Positions 1 to 9,430 of a stretch of 64,000 bases of DNA are shown in pieces (position 1 is the stretch's first letter; each line of letters starts with the position of its first letter). The DNA is taken from positions 138,130 through 202,129 of the forward strand of contig JBBDYC010000017.1 in the NCBI GenBank assembly GCA_040901985.1, written 5' to 3'. Below the pieces are notes generated by a model that was not told the origin of the DNA, made no database searches, and saw only the letters and a list, made by a program, of their open reading frames with translations. This DNA is from Gemmatimonadaceae bacterium. GTDB lineage: Bacteria; Gemmatimonadota; Gemmatimonadetes; Gemmatimonadales; Gemmatimonadaceae. The position numbers were made by a program, and so were the translations under genes.

Positions 1-2
1 TC

Positions 3-611
3 TATCAGCTGACCTTCGGTCGCGCCTGGCTCGACGAGGCGCTCGCCCTCGATGCCCAATGCGTCCGTTGGTTCTGGAGCGACGAGGTCGGCGCCTTCTT
101 CGACACCGCGCACGACGCCGAGCCGCTCGTCACGCGCCCACGCGACGTCGCCGACAACGCGATACCCTCCGGCACGTCGCTGGCGGTTGAGCTGCAGCTG
201 GCGGCGAGCGTCCTCACCGGCGACGACGCGCGGCGCCGGCGCGCCGAGTATGTGATTGGCACGCTCGCCCCGGCGCTGCAACGTAGCCCGCTCGCGTTCG
301 GTCACCTGCTGGGCGCGGCGGACCTCGCGGTGCACGGAGCCATCGAGCTCGCAATCGCCGGGAATCCGGCGGATGGAGCGTTCCGGGCGCTTGCCCAAGC
401 GGCGGCTGGCGTCTACGTGCCCTCGGTGGTCATCGCGGGGGGCCAGGGCGACGACCGAAAGGGACTCCCGCTCCTGGAGCACCGTGCGGCAGCGCGCGGC
501 GGGGCGCTCGCCTTCGTCTGCCGCAGCTACTCCTGCGACGTCCCCGCGAGCGACCCGGCGATTCTGCGGTCCCAGCTGCTCGGCGCGAGATCCGCCCCCG
601 CCGCGCCCTGA
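3..611 (+). CDS. Thioredoxin-domain protein, YyaL/SSP411 family, C-terminal part (5' end outside window)
   Basis: Frame open from position 3: YQLTFGRAWLDEALAL...FWSDEVGAFFDTAHDAEPLVTRPRDVADNAIPSGTS, ending AFVCRSYSCDVP. FFDT...DNAxPSG and VCxxxxC are YyaL-family motifs. Confidence 0.85.
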   Translation, partial: YQLTFGRAWLDEALALDAQCVRWFWSDEVGAFFDTAHDAEPLVTRPRDVADNAIPSGTSLAVELQLAASVLTGDDARRRRAEYVIGTLAPALQRSPLAFGHLLGAADLAVHGAIELAIAGNPADGAFRALAQAAAGVYVPSVVIAGGQGDDRKGLPLLEHRAAARGGALAFVCRSYSCDVPASDPAILRSQLLGARSAPAAP

Positions 612-693
612 CCACGCCGCACCCGCCTTGCGGCTCCGCGGGGCGCGGACCGCTCCACGAACTCGCGCGGCGCACGGAGCGCGCAGAAACGCC

Positions 694-903
694 CTAGAGA
701 TCCGCGCACGACTTGTTGATCTGTCGGCAGTTCTCGCAGATCTGCTTGCAGTTCCGCCAGACAAGGCGGTCGTCGCCGCAGCTGTCGCAGGTCTCGCCCA
801 CGTCTGGTGCGGCGCGCAAGGCAGGGAGCGCGAGGCTCCTGTCCTTGCCGCCGCTCCAGCTCAGGATGACCTGGTCACGCGACACGGGCAATGATGCTGG
901 CAC
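694..903 (-). CDS. Small Cys-rich zinc-finger-like protein with a PP-loop-like N-terminal fragment
   Basis: 69 aa: VILSWSGGKD followed by CDSCG...CKQICENC...SCADL. Starts 3 nt after the stop of the upstream gene on the same strand; alternative GTG at 885. Confidence 0.55.
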   Translation of the reverse strand: MPASLPVSRDQVILSWSGGKDRSLALPALRAAPDVGETCDSCGDDRLVWRNCKQICENCRQINKSCADL

Positions 904-906
904 GCC

Positions 907-2598
907 TCAATAGAACCACACAGCCGAGCGTTTGGTACTCGGTGCACTCACGTCGTCTCCGCCGAGCACGAGGACCCGGGACACACCGGTGGCGTCCACG
1001 TAACTGAGGACGGCGTGGTTGAACAGGTTTCCGCCGCCGCTCGACACAATCGTGTTCGACCCGGTCGCACCGGCGAACGCGCCGACGCTCCCGTCGGAAT
1101 TGAAGACCGCGTAGGAGTTCTCCGACGAGCCGGTGTTGGCCGCGCTGTAGAGCCCGCCGTTCATGAAGATCGTGCCGCCGGCCGCCACGACGCCCTGCTT
1201 GGCCGTCGTCTTGGTCAGCGCGTTCGCGTTCACCGTCCACGCGGTCTGCGCGAGCTCTCCCGTCCGAAGATTGATGGCGGCGTACAACACCTCGTCGGTG
1301 CGTGCGTCGGTCAGGCTCGCGCTGTGTGGATTCACCGCGGCCCTCGATCCGCCGACCGTGTACAGGAACCGCCCGAAGACCACGAAGCCGTGCTGCGCCC
1401 TCGCCGAGGGGAGCGACGGCAGCGCCTGCCAGGCCCCGAGCGCCCCGGTCGAATCAATACGGGCGCGATACACCCCCGTCACCGGCGCGTTCGCCGCCGT
1501 CGCGCCGCCCGAAATATAGATCTCGCCGCGGAAGATCACGGCGCCGAGGGAGTGCAGCGCCACCGGGAGCGGCGTCGTGGTCACCCAGCTACTCACCGTG
1601 CCGTCGGTATTCAGGCGGCCCCGATAGACGGTCGTGCTCGGCGTGCCGACGACGTCGATTGCGCCACCCAGAACGTAGATCGAGGCGGAATCCGCGAGGA
1701 CTCGCGAGTTGTGCGGGGTCGCGACGGCAAGCGCATGGAACGCCCGGGCCGTCGGCAACGCCGTCGTTGCCGACCAGGCGCCGACACCGCCGGCTGGCTC
1801 GATGGCGGCGAACTGCACACCGGTGGTCGGCACACTGTCGTTGCCGGCGCCACCGGTCACGTAGACCAGGTTTGCTCCGCCCCTGACCGCAAACGACGCC
1901 TTATGTCCGCTCAGCACCGCAGGAAGCGCCGTCGAGCTCGTCCACGCGATGGTCGAGGGACTGAAGGTCGCCGCGGTCGATACCGTGAAGGTCAGCGCGT
2001 TGCTCGATCCGGTTCCCGTCGTGACCACTACATTGCCCGTGGCCGTTCCACTCGGCACCGTGGTCACGATGAATGTGTTCGTCCAGTCATTGGACGGGTC
2101 CACGATGGTCGCAGCGATCGTGCCGCCCGCCCCGTCGGAGAAGAGCACCGAGCCGCCGCCCTGGAGATCGCCGAAGGCATCGCCCTCGAGGATGACGGTA
2201 CTGCCGATGCTGCCCGAGGGGAGCGTGGCGCCATTCACGAAGCGGAGGCTCGGCGCAACCGCCGTGAACGCAGCCGCCAGCTGAACCTCGGAGCCGTCCG
2301 AGTTGTGCACGCGCACGGCATAGGCGATCCCGACGCTCAAGCCGGACGGAACGCGCGCGTAGATCGTCGTCCCGCTCGAGACCTCGACCTCGGTCGCCGC
2401 GATCGCACCGACGAACACCGTTGCACCAGCGCGGAAGTTGGCTCCGGTGATCGTCAGTTCCGTCCCGACTGTCCCAATCGCGGGGAAGACGGTGGAAATC
2501 GTCGGTTCCGGGTCACCCGGTCCGGTGCTCTTATCGCCGCCGCAAGCAACAACGGCAAGGCCAAGGGCGAGGCCCAGAGTCCACAGGCGCGTCCGCAT
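907..2598 (-). CDS. Lipoprotein with two IPT/TIG domains and a Kelch-type beta-propeller
   Basis: Lipobox VVAC; PTISTVFP..GTVGTELTITGANF and GSTVILEGDAFG TIG signatures; repeated VYVTGG/IYVLGG/IYISGG/LYTVGG blades with W..LP.AR..H. Confidence 0.8.
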   Translation of the reverse strand: MRTRLWTLGLALGLAVVACGGDKSTGPGDPEPTISTVFPAIGTVGTELTITGANFRAGATVFVGAIAATEVEVSSGTTIYARVPSGLSVGIAYAVRVHNSDGSEVQLAAAFTAVAPSLRFVNGATLPSGSIGSTVILEGDAFGDLQGGGSVLFSDGAGGTIAATIVDPSNDWTNTFIVTTVPSGTATGNVVVTTGTGSSNALTFTVSTAATFSPSTIAWTSSTALPAVLSGHKASFAVRGGANLVYVTGGAGNDSVPTTGVQFAAIEPAGGVGAWSATTALPTARAFHALAVATPHNSRVLADSASIYVLGGAIDVVGTPSTTVYRGRLNTDGTVSSWVTTTPLPVALHSLGAVIFRGEIYISGGATAANAPVTGVYRARIDSTGALGAWQALPSLPSARAQHGFVVFGRFLYTVGGSRAAVNPHSASLTDARTDEVLYAAINLRTGELAQTAWTVNANALTKTTAKQGVVAAGGTIFMNGGLYSAANTGSSENSYAVFNSDGSVGAFAGATGSNTIVSSGGGNLFNHAVLSYVDATGVSRVLVLGGDDVSAPSTKRSAVWFY

Positions 2599-2775
2599 AT
2601 CATAGCTCCGATCCGAAGGTGAGACCTACACAAGGACACGACTCGCGCGTTCCTCACCCTCGTCACATCGGCTTTCGCCGCCATCGGTCGGGACGGATAT
2701 ATCTGTGTCGCCACGCACAGTGGTCCGGTGACGCAGGTCCGAGCACCGCCGCCCGTCCGCCCGTCCGCCCGGTGC

Positions 2776-3696
2776 TTACTCGAAGTCCAGGGCCAAGTCG
2801 AGACTCGGCGCACTGTGCGTGAGCGCGCCAATCGAGATGCGGTCAACCCCCGTGTCCGCGATTGCCCGGACGGTCGCCAGTGTCACGCCGCCCGACGCCT
2901 CGGTCCAGCAGTGCCCCGCCGCCAGCTTGACGCATTCGCGGAGCGCGTGCTCGGGCATGTTGTCGAGCAGGAGCGCGTCGGCACCTGCGGCAATCGCCGC
3001 GCGCGCCTGGGCGACGGTGTCGCACTCGACCTGGATGGTCAGGCCCACGTCGGCGTGTGTCCGGGCTCGCTGGACGGCCACCGTCACGTCGTCGTCGCAG
3101 GAGGCGATATGATTGTCCTTGATCAGCACCGCGTCGGCCAGCGTGGCGCGATGATTGACGCCGCCGCCACAACGCACCGCGTACTTCTCCAGCGTTCGCC
3201 ATCCCGGGGTCGTCTTGCGCGTGTCAACGATCGCCGCGCGCGTCCCCTGGACCGCCGCCACGTACTGCGCGGTGAGGGTGGCGATCCCGGAGAGACGCTG
3301 GAGGAAGTTGAGCGCGACCCGCTCGGCCGAGAGCATCCCCCGCGCCTGACCGGAGAGGAAGAGGAGCGTTTCGCCCTCGCCGACGCCCGTCCCGTCCTCG
3401 ACGTCCACCCGGATCTCGACGCGGGGGTCGAGGAGGTGAAAGGCGGCGAGCGCGAGCGGGATCCCGGCGATCGTGCCAGCGGCGCGGGCGACGAGCGAGG
3501 CCCGGGTGCGCCGCGTTGACACGACCGTCGCGATCGTCGTCACGTCGTCGAAGGCCTGGTCCTCGTCCAGCGCCGCGCGCACCAGCGCGCGCAGTGTCTC
3601 GTCGGCGAGGGGAAATCCGAGGGCGGCCGGCGCGAAGACGGGGGTCGCCAGCGGTGTGATGCGCCGCGGCGGCTTCGGCCCGCGCGCCGGCGTCAC
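2776..3696 (-). CDS. nadC: Nicotinate-nucleotide diphosphorylase (carboxylating)
   Basis: Motifs ERVALNFLQRLSGIAT, DTRKTTPG, LIKDNH, LLDNM, EASGG; GTG at 3696 overlaps the nadA stop (GTGA). Confidence 0.95.
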   Translation of the reverse strand: MTPARGPKPPRRITPLATPVFAPAALGFPLADETLRALVRAALDEDQAFDDVTTIATVVSTRRTRASLVARAAGTIAGIPLALAAFHLLDPRVEIRVDVEDGTGVGEGETLLFLSGQARGMLSAERVALNFLQRLSGIATLTAQYVAAVQGTRAAIVDTRKTTPGWRTLEKYAVRCGGGVNHRATLADAVLIKDNHIASCDDDVTVAVQRARTHADVGLTIQVECDTVAQARAAIAAGADALLLDNMPEHALRECVKLAAGHCWTEASGGVTLATVRAIADTGVDRISIGALTHSAPSLDLALDFE

Positions 3697-4715
3697 TCGC
3701 CGGGATCCACTCCGGGGCCGGCCGGCATCGCCTGGCTGCCGCCGATCGCGACCATCCGCTCGATGGCCTGCCGCGCCCGTCCGGCGACCTCCTCCGGCAC
3801 GGTGATCCGGTGCTGCATGTGCTCCAGCGCGGCAAGCACCTTCGGGAGGGTCGTCACCTTCATGTAGGCGCACGACGCGCGCTCGTTGGCGGCGTGGAAC
3901 GTCTTCGTCGGATGCGCCTTCCGCAGCCGATGGAGGATCCCCACCTCGGTCGCCACGATGAAGGTGTCGCCCGCCGACTCCCCGGGGCGCTTGATCATCC
4001 CCTCGGTGGACAGGATGTGCACACCCTCCGGATCGACGTCCCCGGCGCTGATGGCCTCGACGACGCTGGTCGTGCACCCGCATTCGGGATGGATCAGGAA
4101 CTCAGCGCCCGGATGCAGCGCGCGTTGCAGGCGGATGTTCTCGGGGTCAATTCCCGCGTGGACGTGACACTCGCCCATCCAAACGTGGATGTTCTCGCGG
4201 CCGGTCACGCGGCGCACGTGCGCGCCGAGGAACATGTCGGGGAGGAAGAGGATCTCCTGGTCCGCCGGCACCGCGTTGATGACGTCCACGGCGTTGCCCG
4301 AGGTGCAGCAGTAGTCGCTCTCCGCCTTCACCTCGGCGGTGGTGTTCACGTACGACACCACGACCGCGCCGGGGTGTTCGGTCTTCCACTCGCGAAGCTG
4401 GTCGGCATCAATCGTTGCGGCGAGCGAACAGCCAGCGGCCATGTCAGGGAGGAGCACGGTCTTGGCGGGCGAGAGGATCGCCGCGGTCTCGGCCATGAAG
4501 TGCACGCCGCAGAAGACGATGACCTCGGCGTCGGTGCGCGCCGCCTCGCGGGACAGGCCGAGCGAGTCGCCGACGTAGTCGGCGACGTCCTGCACCTCGG
4601 GGCGCTGGTAGTTGTGCGCGAGGATGACCGCGCGGCGTTCCGTAGCCAGCGCGCGAATCCGCCGCTGGAGCTCGGCGGTCTCGCGGGCGGCTGCGTCCTG
4701 TGGGGGTCTCGCCAT
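3693..4715 (-). CDS. nadA: Quinolinate synthase
   Basis: ILAHNYQ, FCGVHFMAETA, AGCSLA, YVNT, CHVH, HPEC, CAYMK; three Fe-S cysteines present. Confidence 0.97.
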   Translation of the reverse strand: MARPPQDAAARETAELQRRIRALATERRAVILAHNYQRPEVQDVADYVGDSLGLSREAARTDAEVIVFCGVHFMAETAAILSPAKTVLLPDMAAGCSLAATIDADQLREWKTEHPGAVVVSYVNTTAEVKAESDYCCTSGNAVDVINAVPADQEILFLPDMFLGAHVRRVTGRENIHVWMGECHVHAGIDPENIRLQRALHPGAEFLIHPECGCTTSVVEAISAGDVDPEGVHILSTEGMIKRPGESAGDTFIVATEVGILHRLRKAHPTKTFHAANERASCAYMKVTTLPKVLAALEHMQHRITVPEEVAGRARQAIERMVAIGGSQAMPAGPGVDPGE

Positions 4716-4744
4716 CGTTGGAACCTAGCGGCTGCGCCGCTGCC

Positions 4745-6256
4745 TCACCACTCGATGTGCTTGCCGCGGAACTTGTTGCGGGGCCGCGGGAAGTCGCTCC
4801 GGAAATGGCCGCCGCGCGATTCGCGTCGGAGCAGCGCGCTCTCGACGATCAGGCTGGCCGTCTCCACCATGTTCGCCTCCTCGGTGGCGCCCGGGTCGAG
4901 CCGCGCCCGCACGACCTCGAGCGCGCGCCGGGCCGTCCGCAGCCCCTTCGCATTGCGGTCAATGCCGACGTGCGTCCACATGATCCGCCGGATCTCGTCG
5001 GCCGCGACCTGCGCCGCGCCGCGGTCCAGCAGCGGCGCAACCTTCCACTGCGTGGCGCGGGGGACGCGCGGCAGGGGCGACCGGTTCACCGCGTCGCGGG
5101 CCACCCGCTCGGCAAAGACAAGGCCCTCGAGGAGCGAGTTCGAGGCGAGGCGGTTGGCGCCGTGCACCCCGGTCCGCGACACCTCGCCGCAGGTGTAGAG
5201 CCGCTCGAGCGACGAGCGTCCGGCGAGGTCGGTGACGACGCCCCCCATCATATAGTGGGCCGCCGGCGTCACCGGGATCAGGTCGCGGCGCGGATCAATG
5301 CCGCGGGCCAGGCAGATCGCGAGGATTCCCGGGAAGCGGCGGGCAAAGGTGCGGCTCAACCGCCGGGCGTCGAGCGACACCTGGCCGTTCTCCTGCTGCT
5401 CACGGAAGATCTCGCGGGCCACGATGTCCCGCGGGGCGAGTTCGGCGAGCCGGTGACGTCGCGTCATGAAGCGTCGGCCGAGCGCGTTGACGAGGATCGC
5501 GCCCTCGCCGCGCACCGCCTCGGAGATCAGGGCGAGCGGATTCTCCGGCGTCTCCAGCGCCGTCGGATGGAACTGCACGAACTCGAGGTCAGCCAGCCGG
5601 GCGCCGGCGCGGTGCGCGATCGCGTAACCATCGCCGGTCGCGACGAGTGGATTCGTCGTGTACCGATAGAGCTGCCCGCACCCGCCGGTGGCGAGGATCG
5701 TCGCGTCGGCGATGATCTCGACCGCCCGGCCGGCGACGTTGGCCCGGACGCCGCAACACCGTCCACCGGAGACAACGAGGTCGAGCGCACGGGCGGTCTC
5801 GAGCACCGTGATCCGGCGGCGTGCTGCCACCCGCTGGATCAGCGACCGCGCCACCTCGGCGCCCGTCTGGTCGCCCATCGCGTGCACGATCCGCTTGCGC
5901 GAGTGCGCGGCCTCGCGGCCGAGCGTGAACCGGCCGGTGAGATCGGTGTCGAACTGCGCGCCCGCGTCGGCCAGCTCGCGCACCCGCGCCGGTCCCTCGG
6001 CGACGAGCACCTCAACCGCCGCCGCGTCGCAGAGCGCGGCGCCGGCGGCGAGCGTGTCTATCCTATGAAGTTCGGGCGAGTCCCCCGCCCCGAGCGCGGC
6101 GGCAATCCCGCCCTGCGCGTAGGCGGTCGCCGAGTCCTTCAGGGTGCGCTTGGTCAGGACGACAACATCCCCGTGGTCCGACGTCCGGAGCGCCGTGTGC
6201 AGTCCGGCGATCCCCGAGCCGATGACGAGAAATCGGGTCCGGACGCGCTCGGTCAG
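4745..6256 (-). CDS. nadB: L-aspartate oxidase
   Basis: Frame extends 82 codons upstream of the ORF-track start and includes LVIGSGIAG (FAD binding) and AQGGIAAA; also QFHPT, SEAVRGEG, HGANRLASNSLLEG, ESRGGHFRSD. Start inferred as CTG at 6256. Confidence 0.93.
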   Translation of the reverse strand: MTERVRTRFLVIGSGIAGLHTALRTSDHGDVVVLTKRTLKDSATAYAQGGIAAALGAGDSPELHRIDTLAAGAALCDAAAVEVLVAEGPARVRELADAGAQFDTDLTGRFTLGREAAHSRKRIVHAMGDQTGAEVARSLIQRVAARRRITVLETARALDLVVSGGRCCGVRANVAGRAVEIIADATILATGGCGQLYRYTTNPLVATGDGYAIAHRAGARLADLEFVQFHPTALETPENPLALISEAVRGEGAILVNALGRRFMTRRHRLAELAPRDIVAREIFREQQENGQVSLDARRLSRTFARRFPGILAICLARGIDPRRDLIPVTPAAHYMMGGVVTDLAGRSSLERLYTCGEVSRTGVHGANRLASNSLLEGLVFAERVARDAVNRSPLPRVPRATQWKVAPLLDRGAAQVAADEIRRIMWTHVGIDRNAKGLRTARRALEVVRARLDPGATEEANMVETASLIVESALLRRESRGGHFRSDFPRPRNKFRGKHIEW

Positions 6257-7263
6257 AAGATGCTCAGGCTGACGTAGCGCTTGGGGTTCCGTCGCACGTC
6301 CGCAATCAGGCTCCGCAGGTCAATCATCAGCGAGTCGGAATTGTGATAGAGACTCGGGTCGTTGAGCAACATCCCGAGCGACCCCTGGCCCCGCTCGACC
6401 CGGCTGAAGAGCGAGTCGGCCTTCACGAGCACGGCGCGGACGGAGATCTCGGACCGCTCGAGCGACATCGTGAGTGAGTTGATGCGCACCGCGGCCTCGC
6501 GGATGTTCTGCGCCGCCCGATCGGCCTCGGTGACGATCCGCTGGATTTCGCCACGCGACGTCGCCGAGTCGATCCGTCCGATGGACACCTGGAGCGCATT
6601 CGCCCCCGCGACAAGGTCGGTCACGCCGGCGTGTACCTGTACCGCCAGCGAGTCCAGGTTGCGCGACTGCGCGCGGACAGTGCGCGCGAGCTGCTCGGAG
6701 ACGGTATTGAAGTTGCGGATCGAGACGCGCAGGTCGCGGGCGGCGGTGTCGTCGAACGCGGTTCGCACCCGCTCGGCCACCGACGCGACATTTCCGGCGA
6801 TTCCACCGGCCACCGACGTCAGCTGGGCGATATCCGGCAGGACGGCGCCCGGAAGCGCGCCAACCGGGGCTAACACGGTGTCGTTCAGCTGGAACGCCAC
6901 CTCCCGGATCGCCGGCGCCGACTCCCGCCGCATGATCACCGCCTGGAACTCGCCGAAGAGCGTCGCCGCCTGGACCAGCACCACCGGATCCGGCGGCAGC
7001 GTGATGCCCTCCTCGAGCGTGAACTCGACCACGACCCAGCCCCCGGGCGCCAGGTCCACCGCCCGCACCCGTCCGGTCTGCACGCCACGGATCACGACGG
7101 CGTTGCCGACCTGCAGGTTGCCGACGTCGCGGAACCGCGCCGTCACCGACTCGCGTTTCCGTCCAAGATCGGTTTGCTGCAGGAACAGGGTCGCGGCGAT
7201 GATGACCGCCATCGCGCCGAGCACCACGCCGCCCACGATCCAATCATTTGACCGACTTTTCAT
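6253..7263 (-). CDS. mlaD: MlaD/MCE family protein
   Basis: N-terminal TM, MCE motif NLQVGNAVVIRGVQTGRV, long helical tail ending GSLGMLLNDPSLY...NPKRY; ATG overlaps the mlaE stop. Confidence 0.88.
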   Translation of the reverse strand: MKSRSNDWIVGGVVLGAMAVIIAATLFLQQTDLGRKRESVTARFRDVGNLQVGNAVVIRGVQTGRVRAVDLAPGGWVVVEFTLEEGITLPPDPVVLVQAATLFGEFQAVIMRRESAPAIREVAFQLNDTVLAPVGALPGAVLPDIAQLTSVAGGIAGNVASVAERVRTAFDDTAARDLRVSIRNFNTVSEQLARTVRAQSRNLDSLAVQVHAGVTDLVAGANALQVSIGRIDSATSRGEIQRIVTEADRAAQNIREAAVRINSLTMSLERSEISVRAVLVKADSLFSRVERGQGSLGMLLNDPSLYHNSDSLMIDLRSLIADVRRNPKRYVSLSIF

Positions 7264-8036
7264 GTTGCTCTCCCGAGAAGCCAGACCATCGCCCAGAACG
7301 CATCGAGTACCAGGATCATCACGGCCGACTGGACGACCGCACTCGTCGCGGCGGCCCCCACGCCCTGCGCGCCACCCCGCGTCTTCAACCCGGCCGAGCA
7401 GGCAAGGATCGTCACCACGAACCCGAAGCTCGCCGACTTCACCAGTCCGTACCGCACGTCGAACGAGTCGAAGAAGAGCCGGGCGCCCTTCATGAACTCC
7501 GAAGTGGACAGGTCGAGCAGGTAGAGCGACGCGAACCACCCCGCCCCAAGCCCGATGAACATCGCGACGCCGACCACCACCGGGAACATCAGGGTCCCGG
7601 CAAGCACACGCGGGACCACGAGGTAGGCGATCGGGTCGAACGACAGGGTCTCGAGCGCATCCACCTGCTCGGTCACCCGCATCGTCCCGATCTCCGCGGC
7701 GATGTTCGCGCCGACGCGCCCGGCGAGCGCGAGCCCCGTGAGCACCGGCGCCAGTTCCAGCATCACCGTCTTCTGCACCAGCGTGCCGACCAGATAGCGC
7801 GGCACGGCGCCGGTAAAGCTATAGCTCGCGAGGAGGGCCAGCACGACGCCCGTAAAGAGCGCAATCAGGGCGCCGATCGGAAGCGAATCCACGCCCAGTT
7901 GCCGGGCCTGCTGCGAGAAGTTCGGGACCCAGGTACGCACGTCGCGAAGCGACCGGCCGGCCTCGACGGTGAGGCGGCCAGCGGCGCCGAGTTGCGCGAG
8001 CGCCTCGCGGACTGGGCGTCCGATACTCTCTAGCAC
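7260..8036 (-). CDS. mlaE: MlaE family ABC permease
   Basis: ELAPVLTGLALAGRVGANIAAEIGTMRVTEQVDALE and GGAQGVGAAATSAVV; GTG start at 8036 inferred. Confidence 0.92.
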   Translation of the reverse strand: MLESIGRPVREALAQLGAAGRLTVEAGRSLRDVRTWVPNFSQQARQLGVDSLPIGALIALFTGVVLALLASYSFTGAVPRYLVGTLVQKTVMLELAPVLTGLALAGRVGANIAAEIGTMRVTEQVDALETLSFDPIAYLVVPRVLAGTLMFPVVVGVAMFIGLGAGWFASLYLLDLSTSEFMKGARLFFDSFDVRYGLVKSASFGFVVTILACSAGLKTRGGAQGVGAAATSAVVQSAVMILVLDAFWAMVWLLGRAT

Positions 8037-8095
8037 GCCCGGAGTATACCGCTTTGCCGCACTGCGCCAGTAGGCCGGGGTGTTATCTTCCCCCA

Positions 8096-8150
8096 CCGCC
8101 GACGGCCTTACGCCGACGGCCGTTCGCCGTCGGCCGCTCGCCGTCGGCCC
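8096..8150. repeat. Intergenic cluster of GCCGACGGC / GCCGTCGGC inverted repeats
   Basis: Two GCCGACGGC copies followed by two copies of the reverse complement GCCGTCGGC between divergent mlaE and MFS genes. Confidence 0.6.
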
Positions 8151-8170
8151 ACGCACCGCGAGGATCGCCC

Positions 8171-9412
8171 CTGGGCAAGCTCGTCGTCCTGATGGTCACC
8201 GCGTTCATGGACATGGTGGGGCTCCTCATGGTGCTCCCCCTGCTTCCGTACTATGCGACGCGGTTCGTCGGCCACGGGCCCCTCTGGCGCGCGCTCGATA
8301 GCCTCGGGATGGGGGGCGAGGGCGCGGTAATCGCGCTCCTGGTCTCGTCGTTCGCCGTCGCCCAGCTGATCAGCGCGCCGGTCTGGGGACGGGTCTCCGA
8401 CCGCTTCGGCCGGCGACCGGCCCTCCTCGTCGGACTCGCCGCGAGCGGCATCGCCTACATCGTCTTCGCGTTCGCCGGCAGTCTCGAACTGCTCTTCCTC
8501 TCCCGGCTGGTCCAGGGTGCCGGCGGCGGCACGGTGAGCGTGATCCAGGCCTACGTCGCCGACGCCACCGAACCGTCGGACCGCGCCAAGGCGCTCGGCT
8601 GGCTCTCTGCCGCCACCAATGCGGGGGTCGCGCTGGGCCCGGTGATAGGCTCGTTCGCCGCCCGCGTCAGCTTCGCCGCCCCCGGGCTCTTTGCGGCTGC
8701 GCTCACGATCGTCAACATCGCCTTCGCCTGGAAGTACCTCACCGAATCGAATGTCCACGCCAACGCGAAGACGTCGGAGCGGCCGGTGGTCTCGGGGTCA
8801 CGCGAGACCCTGCGGCGCGTCGTCACGCATCCCGGCCTCCCGGCGAGCCGCCTGATCTGGATCTACGCCATCGGGATGGGCGCCTTCCAGGGGATGACCG
8901 CGATCCTCGCGCTGTTCCTGTTCGACCGGTTTGCGATTGACGAGACGAGCATCGGCTGGGTGTTCATGTACATCGGCATCCTCTCGGTCGTCGCGCGCGC
9001 GCTCCTGCTGGGGCCGGCGGTGGACCGCTTCCGCGAGCCGCGGCTGTCGCGCCTCGGAACCGTCCTCCTCGCGCTCGGACTCGCGGCGATCCCGTTCTCC
9101 CACGACTACTTCACCCTCGCCATCGCAATCGGGCTCATCCCGCTCGGCACTGCCTTCACCTTCCCCTGCGTCACCGGGATGCTCTCGCAGGTGATCCCCA
9201 ACCACGAACGCGGCCTGTATATGGGCGTGCAACAGACCTTCGGCGGGCTGGCGCGCGTGATTGGCCCGATCTGGGCGGGATTCGCCTTCGACTATCTCGG
9301 GAAGGGCGTGCCCTTCTTCACCGGCGCGGCGCTCGCCCTCGGGACGATCTTCCTCGGCCTTGGCATCGAGGCGCATCTCACGCCGCCCAAGCCGCGCCCC
9401 GTCGCGGCCTGA
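8171..9412 (+). CDS. MFS transporter, TetA/DHA1-like
   Basis: About 12 hydrophobic segments, motif A WGRVSDRFGRRP, RLVQG. Start uncertain: CTG 8171 after GAGGA, or the ATG a few codons downstream. Confidence 0.9.
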   Translation: MGKLVVLMVTAFMDMVGLLMVLPLLPYYATRFVGHGPLWRALDSLGMGGEGAVIALLVSSFAVAQLISAPVWGRVSDRFGRRPALLVGLAASGIAYIVFAFAGSLELLFLSRLVQGAGGGTVSVIQAYVADATEPSDRAKALGWLSAATNAGVALGPVIGSFAARVSFAAPGLFAAALTIVNIAFAWKYLTESNVHANAKTSERPVVSGSRETLRRVVTHPGLPASRLIWIYAIGMGAFQGMTAILALFLFDRFAIDETSIGWVFMYIGILSVVARALLLGPAVDRFREPRLSRLGTVLLALGLAAIPFSHDYFTLAIAIGLIPLGTAFTFPCVTGMLSQVIPNHERGLYMGVQQTFGGLARVIGPIWAGFAFDYLGKGVPFFTGAALALGTIFLGLGIEAHLTPPKPRPVAA

Positions 9413-9430
9413 CGCGCGCTCCCGCCGCGC

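Noticed and set aside
2600..2775. Possible riboswitch upstream of the IPT-Kelch gene (GGCGAAAGCC hairpin on the minus strand)
   Set aside because: Only one small GNRA hairpin; I could not match a known aptamer. An Rfam search would settle it.
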